DNA of 63,449 bases, counting the filler, from Folioceros fuciformis (taxonomy: Eukaryota), in assembly GCA_049999805.1 (NCBI GenBank). It is 6 parts of 6 records of this genome, joined end to end, with 100 filler letters (N's around TTAATTAATTAA, not from the genome) between each part and the next. Parts side by side here need not be neighbours in the genome. Positions count along the whole stretch, not along the records: positions 1 to 22,041 come from JBNGIO010005512.1; positions 22,142 to 36,347 come from JBNGIO010005513.1; 4 more parts are not named here. One strand, written 5' to 3'. The notes beneath the pieces were generated by a model. That model was not told the origin of the DNA, made no database searches, and was given only the letters and a program-made list of their open reading frames with translations. Each line of letters opens with the position of its first letter. The first letter of the stretch is position 1. Of this stretch, positions 10,560 to 22,286 are shown one piece after another. The position numbers and the translations under genes are program-made.

Positions 10560-13330
10560 AATTTTCATCCTCAGTGTGGAGGAAAACGATTTGTCTGCAG
10601 GGCTCTAGTGGGCCTCTCGACCTCGGATATGTTGGCCATGGCACTGCGCGAAACTCAAGCAAACCCCACAGGTTTTCACGATGGGTTCCATGCATATTTC
10701 GTGCAGAGCCTATGCGATAGCCAGCTTCTCACTGCGCACATAAATCTCCTCTTCCCTCCCATCATCGGATACCTCGTTCGGGGAGGAGTTCAATTGTGAC
10801 AAATACCCTTGTTCCTTCATTCCGACGATAAGCAGCTTCAGGCTTGCTACAACCTCAGGATGTTTGCTATCCCCAACCACAAAAGTATGCACCTGTCCAT
10901 CCAAGTCCGTCCACCAGCTTTTGCCTGGCTCCTTACATGCCCCACATCCCATCCTTCTCGACTGCATATTCTGTGCCTGCTCCCACATCTGGGCACTGGC
11001 GTATATGTTGGCCATCAGAATGTATGATGCGGAATCTTTCTTGTCTAGTTTGATTGCTTTCCTGAAAGCATGGCGCCCAACGTCCACGTTGCTCCACTTT
11101 CGACAACCTCCCAGCAGAGTGCGCCAAACAGCCGTATCAGGCGGTACAGGCATTGTCCTAGCCAGGACTAGTGCCTCATCCAGTTGGCCTGCACGGCCCA
11201 GGAGATCTACCATGCATGTGTAGTGCTCAACGGTGGGACGGATGCCATGGTCTCTGCTCATAGCCTCGAAGTACTCCCTCCCTTCGGCCACAAGTCCTGT
11301 GTGACTGCATGCTGTTAGTACACTCAGGAATGTGACACCGGCTGGCTGTATTCCATCCTCTCTCATTCTGTGAAACAAGTCAAACACCACGTCAGTGTCT
11401 CCTTGACGAGTGTATCCAGCAATCAGAGCATTCCAGGTGACAACGTCTCTTTGGGGCAGAGTATCAAAAACCTTCTGTGCGTCAACCATGCTACCACCCT
11501 TTCCATACATGTTTATCAGACTGCCAGCTACAAGCAAATCAGTTTCAAGCCCCTGTTCTTCAATCTGTGCATGAAGCTGCACTCCCAAATGCAGAGCTGC
11601 TACATTTGCGCATGCTTGTAGAAGACACAGAAAGGTCAACGAATCCGGTGCAGCTATGCCTTCTTCCTGCATAGCCCTGTAAAGACCAAGGGCCTCCAGC
11701 TCCATGCCTATTTGGGAATATGCCGCTATCATGGCGTTCCATGTCACCACATCTTTGTGAGGAAGTCTATCAAATACGCTCTGCGCATCCTCCAGACTGC
11801 CACACTTTGCATACATGTTTACCAAACTGTTGGCTATGAATACATCTGCCTGAAACCCTCGTTCTCTGATTTCAGCATGTATCTGCTTTCCCGTCTCCAA
11901 AGCTGGGGTGCCCACACTTGCACATGCCTGAAGGAGACATACGTATGTCACAGAATTAGGAGCAACGATGCCCTCTTCCTGCATACCCCTATAAAGATGA
12001 AGGGCTTCCTGCCCCATGCCCTGCTGTGAATACCCTGCTATCATGGCACTCCACGTCACCACATTCTTTTCACTAAGTCCATTGAACACGCCCCGAGCAT
12101 CTTCTATGCTGCCACACTTTGCATACATGTTTACCAAACTGCTTGCTACAAATATATCAGCTTGAAGGCCTCGTTCTCTAACTTCAGAATGAAGCTGCCT
12201 CCCCACCTCCAACGCCGGTGCACCCAAACTTGCACATGCCTGGAGGACGCACACAAATGTCACCGAATCGAGTCCAACTATTCCTTCATCCTGCATAGCT
12301 CTGTAGAGATGAAGAGCTTCCTGCCCCATGCCCTGCTGCGAGTACCCTGCTATCATGGAACTCCATGTTACCACATCTTTTTGACCGAGCCCATCAAACA
12401 CCCTTTGGGCTTCTTCCAAACTGCCACACTTGGCATACATGTCTACCAAACAGTTTCCGACATACAAATCACGCTCTGCACCACTTGCCAACAAGTCAGC
12501 ATGCACCTGCTGCCCAGCTTTCAAGTCTGCTCCCCTGGCACAGGCCTGAAGAGCTGCTACATACACATGCCCATCTGGATTCACGTTTGACCTGCGCATT
12601 TGATGATACAGTTCTATGGCCATCTTATCTTGTCCGTGATTGACATGCGAAGAGATTATGGCAGACCATGTGAAGGCATCCGGTTTGGCAACCTTTTTGA
12701 ACACATGCTTAGCTTCCTGCAACCTGGAATGGGAGGCATAAATTCGCAGGATTTGGTTGCACCGGAACGTGTCCCCTTCTTAACGCTGAGAGCATGAAAA
12801 CTACGACCCAAGAACATCCCTACTAGCCATACACTCGTTTAGGACTGTGTAGAAGATAGAAAAGATAGAGTTTGGAAACATAACTCCCCGTATCCACCAT
12901 AATTCCCAGAGCCTCAACGGCCTCAGTGACCTGTCCCTGCTCATACAGTCTGTGAACAGTTTCAGGCGTCATCCCCCTTTTACATCCTGCACGCCTGCCA
13001 GGGTCACCATCATCCCGCACTCTCGCCTTGGGTGTTGGAGCATCACTAACCCTCCCCATATCTACAGCAGCCAGCTGCCCATCCACAAAAGCTGGTTTGC
13101 AAAAGTGGCTCAACAGGTACCAGAAGACATCCTGGAACTTCCAGTGGTGGAAGTCAGGCAAATGGGGGATCTTCTTCTTTCATTGCAAGCCATCCCACCC
13201 AAGTGTGGGCTCCACAAACAGTTGGGTCCTCCAGCGAGGGTCTCCATGGCCAGCCAGACCTCCTATACGACGGGCTGACTTTGATGCTAATGTGCTGCAC
13301 CGCGCGGCCTCGTTGTTTGCCAACCCATGG
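10560..13330 (-). pseudogene. PLS-class PPR (WW-type PG box) with intact core ORF 10710-12722, frameshifted 5' region and degenerate DYW remnant
   Basis: P-L-S triplets, P2-L2-S2, E1, E2, then PGKSWWTD; RSEKLAIA* replaces HSEKLA. Upstream 12740-13161 matches the N-terminus of the 42.5-45.3 kb paralog only across several frameshifts. Confidence 0.75.
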
Positions 13331-13435
13331 CTACATGAGGTCAGCTGCGCGGAAGCTCGTCCAAGTAACCCATCACTTTGTTCAGTCCACCCAGAATGCA
13401 CACATAATGGTTCCTGTTGCATCCTGCGAATGTAT

Positions 13436-13502
13436 GCCTTGCATGACTCTACTGGAGTCCCCTTGCATGACTCTACTGGAGTCCCCTTGCATGACTCTAC
13501 TG
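13436..13502. repeat. 24-bp tandem repeat (GCATGACTCTACTGGAGTCCCCTT, ~2.7 copies) near a gap
   Basis: Read directly from the sequence. Confidence 0.85.
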
Positions 13503-14823
13503 CCACGCTCCAGACAGCCATGGCTCNNNNNNNNNNNNNNNNNNNNNNNNNNNNNNNNNNNNNNNNNNNNNNNNNNNNNNNNNNNNNNNNNNNNNNNNNN
13601 NNNNNNNNNNNNNNNNNNNNNNNNNNCTCCTCGCCGGACGGTGGGGTGTCCGAACTGCCCTTCGATTGTCCTCGGCATCCACGTACTTGTCCACATTCAG
13701 GTTCACACACCAATTCAATCACGTGGAACACCGAATTCACATATACAAGAAATTAGCGAAAATGCAATCACAGATGACTGAATCTGCAGCCGGGAATCCA
13801 CGACCCCTGTAAGATTTCATGTGAAGCTCGATGTACCTAGATCCACGCGCCTACGTACGAGATGGCCAGCAGTCAATGTCCCCGTCGTTTGGAGCATTTA
13901 TCTCGTTCTTGTGATATGTATCAGACTCGAGTCTCTTTATCCACAGTCCTGGGAACAGGCATTGTTTTCCTCTTCGCCCGTCCCGAAGTCCAGGACGCGA
14001 AAAATGGGTTTCCCCGTCGACCAGTAAGGAGAGAGTTTTAGCGGGCCCGTCCTTCAAGACTTTGCAAATTTATCAAGCTGAGACAAACCGTCTTCCTTTT
14101 TGGAGTTCATGGAACTGCTCGGTTTCCCATCGATACCCGAGATGGCCATTAAGGCCAGCCAGATTGGTGCGGACGAGCAACCCGACCTCGTTCAGCTGAA
14201 ACCTGTGGGACCTCCACACGTCCCAATCAACAACCTTTACAGCTGAAAACTCTGTAACAACCCGTGGTTCGCCGGCAGGGCCTTCATTCAAGCATGATCT
14301 GACATCCTTTTTGGGATTGATCTGGGGCTGGAAGCCAGAAAATGAGGATTGTGCAGTGCCACCAGCGTAGCCTGCGTCCGAGTACGTTATGTAATCCGAT
14401 TTGGACTTACATTGAAATGGGGTGCACCAGGCAATGGAAACAGTGCGATACCAAAGCGACGCGCGCAGAGCCACGCTGGGAAGCTATCCCATAAGGCTTG
14501 CCCCCCAAAAGAAATTAGATTAATAACATGTGGATCGATTCACGTCTCAGATATTGGCCTGACGAGAACAGATACCACACTTGATCTCGGCCAACAGGCC
14601 GAGGAAGGGATGATGCTCTGAGACGAGGGGTTCAGCTGTTATACCAAAGGCTGGACGGCGGTCGTTTGTTAAGCCATATGGGGTAAATAACTGTTCCGAC
14701 AAACGCAGATCTCCCCTCTCGCGGTTGTCACATCTCAGATCGAACCTTGGAAAGCCGTGAGTACTTCTCGCATGGACCACGAGTTACTCCTCAATTTGGA
14801 ACAGGAACGAAGGAAAGTCTAGG

Positions 14824-16793
14824 CTACTCCCCGGGGAACCTTACCGAGGCAGAGTAGTTCTTTATCCTACGAGCTTCCTCCTGCCTTGCGGCGATCAACC
14901 TTACTTTAGAGACCAACTGCTGAAGAGACTCTGCTTTACCGTCACCATCAAAGCCCCTGTAGTCTTCCTCTGCGAAGTCCTCCTGCAGCCCGTCTGGAGG
15001 GACGTCTGCCTTTGGGTTTGCCGCGAGCTCTACGGCAGTCACGGTTCCAGGGTCTCCCTCCCTCTCAAAAAACTTCTCTATTTCCTCTAACGTCTTCCCT
15101 TTGGTTTCTGGTACACGGTAGTAGATGAATAAAATGGACAAGCCTGAAATCACTGCAAATAAGAAGAAGATCCCAGCTGGAGTTATGGCATCTGACAAAC
15201 TTAGAAAGGAAAGGGCGACCACTCCGCTGACAACCCTGTTAGTTGCCGTTCCAAGGCCCACAGCTTGTGATCTGAGCCTCAGGGGAAAAATTTCGGATGT
15301 CAGCACCCAACAGATGGGTCCCAACCCGATGGAGAAGAAAGACACATAAGTGCAAGTGGCCACAATGGCCAGCACAACAGGGAGTCCAATCCCACTCCCA
15401 GGTCCTTCAAGCTGCCCTGGCAGCTGAGATCCAGGACCTTGAGACTTGACGTTGAGAAGCACAAACCCGACAGCTAGGACAGCTACAGAGATAGTCATTC
15501 CTGTGGCACTAACAAATAAAAGGGGCCGTCGGCCGACCCGGTCAAGCCAGATAGTGGCGACCAAAATAAAAGCGGTCTTAAAAAACCCAACAGCAACAGT
15601 TGCCCCTAGAATTCCTGACTTGCTGGTGATGCCAGCTTCGTTGAAGATAGTCGGACTATAATATACCGTTGCATCGATACCAGAGGCCTGCTGGAAAAAC
15701 TGAATGCCTAAAGCTACTATGAGCATCCTCCGTACAGCCGGCGTTGGAAAGAGCAGTTCACGCCAAACACCCTCACCTTGACCTTTCTCTTGCATGCCTG
15801 GAGTCACCTGCCACATTTTCCCAGTGACATCCCCCTGGTTGGAACCATCCTCCAATTGTACTGACGCATCCAGTCCAGCAGCCGACACTATCTCCTGCAA
15901 TCGCATGTCTGCCTCTGCTTTACTTGAAGAGGTCTTTACAAGGACCTCCTCGGCTTCTGCCAATCTGTTTTGAGTTACTAACCAACGTGGGGATTCTGGC
16001 ATAACCAGCACCCCAGCACCAAGCACAACCGCAGGAATAACCCCCGCACCAAGCATCAACCGCCAGCCGAGATGAGTGGGCAACCCTGCAAGTAAGAAAC
16101 TTGAAATGTACCCCATCAGAATTCCAACGTTGATGAAGATCTCTTGAAGCGAAACTAGCGAACCCCGAGTTCCAGCAGGAGAAACCTCTGCAGTGTAAAC
16201 TGGTGCAATCATAAGAGCAAAACCGACCCCAATGCCCGCAATGATGCGGCCGAGCATCAAAATGGAAAATGAGGGAGCCAATCCCATCAGAGCAGCTCCC
16301 ACAAAGAAGATGACTGAAGCAACAGCCATCGTCATTCTCCTACCTACAACATCCGAAAGCTTCCCAGCCACTCCTGCTCCCACAAGGGATACCAGATTCA
16401 AAGAGCCCACAAGCAACTCCACCTGCAGTTTTTTAATATTCAGATCGTCCTTTATGAAAAGCACAGCACCACTCATTACCCCGATATCTGCACAATACGT
16501 TCAGCCAACCAGCTGAATCAATCAACTCTGCTTGCGTTGCCGGTAACAAAGTTCTGCATTGAAGGAGGGTTGTCATCAATTCGTATTCAGCGAAGGAACG
16601 TACCATAGCCTAGTAGGCTGGAATTGAAGGAGGCCAGCAACGCGCACCCCAAGGCATATTTGTTCAATCCCGGAGGTCTGGGACTGGAATTGTGGTGATC
16701 TTCAGTCAAACGCTCGTACCCGTTTGTCTGCTTCAGTATGCCGGTGACAGAATCCAAAGTACTCGTCGGGCTTCCCACTCCGGCTTCAGCCAT
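14824..16793 (-). CDS. Polyol/monosaccharide transporter (MFS sugar porter, PMT/PLT family), 2 exons, intron 16488-16603
   Basis: LLGY|DIGVMSGA across the intron; PESPRWL, QQASGIDATVYYSP, DRVGRRPL, SEIFPLRLR and PETKGKTLEEI. Confidence 0.92.
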
Positions 16794-18190
16794 TGCTTAA
16801 AATGCCTACGGGTCATGCCCAGGCGAGAAATATTGCAGCAATCCTCAAAAGCTACCACCCCCTCCTCCTCGTCATTAAAAAGACCGGCCCCTGCCACCCG
16901 ATTTGTGAGGCCAAAACAGCAGCAGTAACACTGCAGATCTGGATCCGGGCATCAGGATTGAGGACACCCCAGTCGAGATCCAAAAGAGCGCGGTTCTCAG
17001 AGGGCTTTCTCCCAAGAAGGATCACCAATGGAACGTGGCCAAGAAACCTAAAACTGCGAAATCTCTGAGAAGCAGGGCCTGGTCACGTCCGATTCTGGCT
17101 CGGACTGAGAAGCTACCCCACCACATTCACTGGCTCTTGCCCCTTCCCACCCATCAGTCAGGTCAAATAGGAGACTTAATCAGGCGCATCTGCAAGAAGT
17201 GAATGGACGACAGAAGTAGTGTCGCCAAACTCCCGAGCACTTCCTGGTCTTGATTTAGAGCACTTGTCACTGGAGAAGTCTGCCTTCCTCCTGCAACACC
17301 ATATGCAAATGCAGCATAAATCTCGTGCGGAACCTAGTGCACTAAACTGGAAATCACAGGCAGTTGAACCCACGTGCAACACTCCGGGAAGGGGCGACAA
17401 CAAATGGCCTCACTAATGTCGCTTCTGTATATGTAGAAAAGTTTACCGCTACCGGCCAAGCGGGGGCCAAAACAGTCTCTCCCTCGTGCCACACCCAACT
17501 GTGCCTAAATGTCAAGCTGCTGGAGGATGATGCCTGTTGGGGCGCCCTGACAACCGCCGTCGTGAGCCAGTGTCAGAAGGGCTTCCATGCGGTGCACACA
17601 GTGGACTGTTGAGCCAAAGATGGCGGTTGCTCCAACATCCAGAAGATGCACAAACATGCAGCTGCTACAAAGATTCTTCAAGACAGGGCCGTTTCCCCTC
17701 CTTCCTTTGGTTCTTTCGTCTGGAACGTCGTCGTTTTTTTATACTAACAGATGGCCCTCCTTCCTTACACAGATCCGTAGGCACCTCTCCTGTGCACCCC
17801 GCAATTCTCCAATCCCTAGCTAGCAATTCTTTCAATTCTTGCAGTGCTGGTCTGAGCGTCACGAACGTAAGCAACCAGCATGTGACGGCAGCATGTAAGA
17901 ACATGACTGCGCTGAAGTGATGAGCCAATGTTTTGCTTATTGTCCGGTGCTCTGTCGTTCATGCTGGCCCGGGAGTGTTAGTACGGACTTCAACGGTCCG
18001 CAAGATCCCAGAGGTTCTCAAGCGGGAAGCATCCTCAATGCATTGGGATACTTGTGAAGGCCCGTAGCCTGTCCTTCCCTACATGGACCAAAGTTTTCCA
18101 AGATCATTGCTTCTCTAAATATCTCCACCCCATGGACAGCGTCTTTATACTTTTTTATAAAGTGTAAAAGGTTCTCTTTTGTTATCGATA

Positions 18191-18263
18191 GCTCCCGTGG
18201 CCTAATGGATAAGGCATCTGACTTCTAATCAGGGGATTGCGGGTTCGAGTCCCGCCGGGGGTG
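18191..18263 (+). tRNA. tRNA-Arg (anticodon UCU)
   Basis: Cloverleaf with acceptor GCTCCCG/CGGGGGT, D arm TGGCCTAATGGATAAGGC, anticodon arm TCTGA-CTTCTAA-TCAGG, T loop GGTTCGAGTCC; upstream TATA-like run and downstream T5. Confidence 0.95.
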
Positions 18264-20556
18264 CCACTGATGTATCAAGTTGGCGAAGTTCTTTTTCCCA
18301 TCTAGAACCCTTCTCTGTGGCGTGTAGAATGTCATGAAAAGCGAAGAAGAGAGGACTCCGTTTGCAGGAGAGGCCAACATCGAGTTGAGATGGCTGCGTT
18401 CCTTGTGGTTCATGTAAAATAAAAGCCTGATGTATACATACGTGTAGAAGTTTTCTTTATTTGTTTTGTCAGTTTCATTGGGATAGATTGATCTTCGTGG
18501 GCTCAACGAGGGTCATGCCGAGGAGTTGAATTCCCTGGCCAAGAAGCGATCAGTCACAGATCTGCCGTGCCTGCCTGTGACCCTGTGCGTAGCAACCCTG
18601 ATTGGAGCAGAGGAGGGAGACGCAGAGCCGGAAAGCCATGAATGCGCATGAGCGGTACCAGGAGCAGGCCGGCTGTCGCCCTGCCCCCATTTATTTCACC
18701 GTCACGACTCTCTCACGACCCGAGGTCCCGATGCCATCAACAGCAGGCAGGCAGGCTGTGGTCATGGTCTGGCCCGCCCAGCTGCAACTTTGCTTTCACG
18801 CCAAGCCACACTGGTTCACACTCATCACTCACACCTCACAGAACTGCGCCCTAGCAAGCAAATGGCAAGGCAAGGAAACGCGAGGCCACGGCGAGGGAAG
18901 CCCGGTACACCTTTGAAAGGGCGGTGCAGTAGTGTGCATTAATGGCGATGAGACAAGCACGGCGTCGCCGCACGGCAACAGGCTGCACAACCGGCGTATG
19001 CACATAATAGTGAGTGTCTGTATGTTCGCAGGTATCCACAATCCCCGCGGTACAACTGTAACGGTACGTGCAATTGCAAATGCGATTTGCAGCACTCTAT
19101 TCTTTTTGGGATGTTGCTTTGTGCTTTCTGTGTTGCTGCTGTTGCTTTCCCCAATTCTCCGGGGACCCGGTGGTAGCGGCAGGACAGTACATGTGCGGTG
19201 CGGGGACGGGCGGGGCGGGAGATGGCCCTCATCACTGCTGATGATGCTGTAATCATGCCCGATAATGAGCTAAGCGCGGAAAGCAGAGATCCGGCAGGAA
19301 GGGGGAAGGCACCAGGACAGGACAGCCATGGCACTGCAACAGACATGTGGAGACTACTACTACATTACGCATGTCAAGACAATTGCAACAAGGCTGCCGC
19401 ATATGGTACCCAAACATCTATGGCATATACTGTATGTGTGTAGTCTGGCTGGCGTGAATCGGAAAAGCAGGCCTGACCGGACAACGGCAGCAGCAGGAAC
19501 AGCAGAAGCAGCAGCAAGGCAGTGGCACATCTCACGGAGCCGCAACTGTTGTATACTGGCAAGAGCTTGGCCATTGTGCAGCATGTCCAGGACCGGCTCC
19601 TGCTCCTGCTCCCGAGTCCCGAGTTCTGCTTGCTGCTGCACATGCAGGTACAGTAGTAGCAGTTGCCCGTTTGTACATGCGCACACAGTTCTGGTGCTGG
19701 TGTCTGCTACAGCCCTGAGAGCATGAAATCTGGCTTGCTTTCATCCCTTTTCCCACCTCTCAAGCCCTCTGTGTGCATAGTGCAAGAGTGTACCTTCGCC
19801 ACTGGGGTGGCCCCATGTGTCCTAGCCAATACATCCATCCGCTTTTGGCTCGGATCCCAAGGCCGCAACCCACGGCCACGTTGCATGTAGCATAGCTCAT
19901 GCTCCACCTGGTCTTTTGGTTGCGTATTCCGATGCAGTGCATGTTGTGTGTGGGTTGTGGCTAGGTCAAACTTGGGGACGCAAAACGTGTGGGCGAGGCA
20001 CCAGGACCGGGCCACTTGGTAAAGGTCATACTGCATATGTATACTGTATGTTTTTCTCATTTCCTGCTTCGGACCGCAGGAGCAGCAGGCAACGGCGGCC
20101 TGCAGACGGGGCAGCAGCACCAACGAGCTCGGCGGGCTGGGAGTGGTTTGTGACATGGGCATGAGGCGAGCAGCTGTGTAGTCAACCGGACAGTCTGACA
20201 CAAGGTGCCACATATCTGTACATACATCTATCGGAATCGGCGGAGCAGGCAACCTGGCAAGGGGCCAGGGACGAGAGGAGCACAGGAAGAAGAAACCGCG
20301 TTACCGCGTGAGAGTGGAAAGTGAACCGTGTCGCTGTTGGCGGACTGCGGCACATGTGTGGCGGAGCGCGGTAGCAGGACCCAGGGGTGGGCATTGAAGG
20401 CGGCAGCGGGGGAGCGGCCTGGACCTGGTACCTCAGCAGGGGAGAGCCTGTGTGACCGCATTGATGGAGGTGACGCGGGCCACAACATAGTCCGGGCCTC
20501 CCACGGGGACGTGGCCGCATTTATCTCGTTTCCCGTTGCCGTGGCGGGCTGTCTGC

Positions 20557-20603
20557 CCTGGGCCTGGGCCTGGGCCTGGGCCTGAGCCTGGGCCTGGGCC
20601 TGG
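20557..20603 (+). repeat. (GGCCTG)n hexamer microsatellite, ~8 units
   Basis: Read directly from the sequence. Confidence 0.9.
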
Positions 20604-21031
20604 ACATAGGCCTTTGCCTAGGGCTTCTTGCTCCGGTGCCGTGATGGTGGTATGAATCGCGTCTCGGAGTCTCGGGGATGGGAAACTCAAGCTGAATCGC
20701 AGATATTTCACACGGCTTGAGGACGTGAGGAGGCGGGATTNNNNNNNNNNNNNNNNNNNNNNNNNNNNNNNNNNNNNNNNNNNNNNNNNNNNNNNNNNNN
20801 NNNNNNNNNNNNNNNNNNNNNNNNNNNNNNNNNNNNNNNNCGACTCTCCACTCTCGACCCTCACCTCACGCTGCAACAGTGTCTCGGTGTCGGAACCAAG
20901 TTTTGCTCTGGACAGCCTTGCCTCACGCCTGTCATTATGCTGCTGATGGAGATGCTCGCAGCTGGAAGGAGAATATTTAGTCTAGTAGTTCGTTATCAGC
21001 AACAGCAGCAACACTGACTTGACAGTGAGGC

Positions 21032-21061
21032 CTGCTACTGCTACTGCTACTGCTACTGCTG
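21032..21061 (+). repeat. (CTGCTA)n microsatellite
   Basis: Read directly from the sequence. Confidence 0.85.
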
Positions 21062-22041
21062 ATGAGATACTGCTCTCCTTTGTGACAGAATGCGCGGGGT
21101 ACAGTAGCCTAGGTCCTGGTCTGGTGGTAGCAGTCGTGTGATGCGCAGGATCCTGGCTCCATCATGCGGCTCCATTGGTTGGTGCTGCTTTTACGCTGGG
21201 GGTTGGTGGAGGAGGCCGGGCAGGAGGAGCAGGAACCGGAGCCCAGGAGCCTTTCCTTCCCTTTCCTTTCGCTCATTCCGTGTGAGAGAGAAAAGAGTGA
21301 TGAATCGTAACCTGAACAAAACACCGACGCGAGATTGTGGTAATGGAAGACAAGAATGGCAGTGTGTCAGGTTTAGGCGTCAAGGAGGTATTGCAGTCAA
21401 AAGAAGTTGGTGCTGCAACCCCTACCGCATTGCACAGCCAACAATTGAAGGCGGCGCCCTGTCAATGCCGGGTCGCCCTGGCATGCCGATGCGCACTCAC
21501 CATCTCTCTCCACCGGGTCACGACGGGTCCGCCACCACCTGTTGCCGCTGGGGCTTGCCAGCCACTCAACCTCGACTCGTCCTCCACGACTCCAGCCAAT
21601 GCCTTAGCTGGATTACCACCCTTCGTGCAAGCGAACACCAGCGTGCCGCTTACGTGACTCCACTCCCTTCCCAGCCTGCCGGCCTGCCATCCAGCTCCAC
21701 CTCTAATAAGTCGTCGGAGCCGGTCCCCAATCCCCCATGCCGCGCCTGCGCCTCATTCTGCGCTCGCGAGCAGATTGATGGCAAGAATCCATGGTGCAAT
21801 CAAGTCTCAACCGGGCATCCCAGCGCTGTACCTAACTCCAAGTGCAGCTGGTGGATACATCTGGCTGATTTGCTGAAAACTGGTTGAAAGTCTTGCGCGC
21901 AGATCTCCTCTACCTCTAATAAGCCTTCCCTTTCGACCTTCAGGCTGGCCGGGCCAGACCCGGCCTGGCCCCGGCCTGCAGAAATGAATGAGGCAACCGG
22001 CTTGGCGCACACACAGATCGCTATGAATTCCTGTCCTTCTC

Positions 22042-22141
22042 NNNNNNNNNNNNNNNNNNNNNNNNNNNNNNNNNNNNNNNNNNNNTTAATTAATTAANNN
22101 NNNNNNNNNNNNNNNNNNNNNNNNNNNNNNNNNNNNNNNNN
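22042..22141. other. Artificial scaffold linker N44-TTAATTAATTAA-N44
   Basis: The same 100-bp construct, with stops in all six frames, occurs 5 times. Confidence 0.97.
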
Positions 22142-22286
22142 GATGAAGAGAGAACGATGGAAACAAGGTGCCTCGTTCAAAAAGCTCAAGTGGTATAACT
22201 TTATCGCTGGAAATTGGTCTGCGCATTCCACAATGTCATCATGACTGAAAATACAAAGTTGTTTTGCACAACCAGTGCAGCACATC

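Noticed and set aside
13851..14780. Minus-strand ORFs (133, 77, 68 aa) as a possible horizontally transferred gene relic
   Set aside because: Only a vague resemblance to anything; non-ATG starts and no diagnostic motif. It would need an HMM search.
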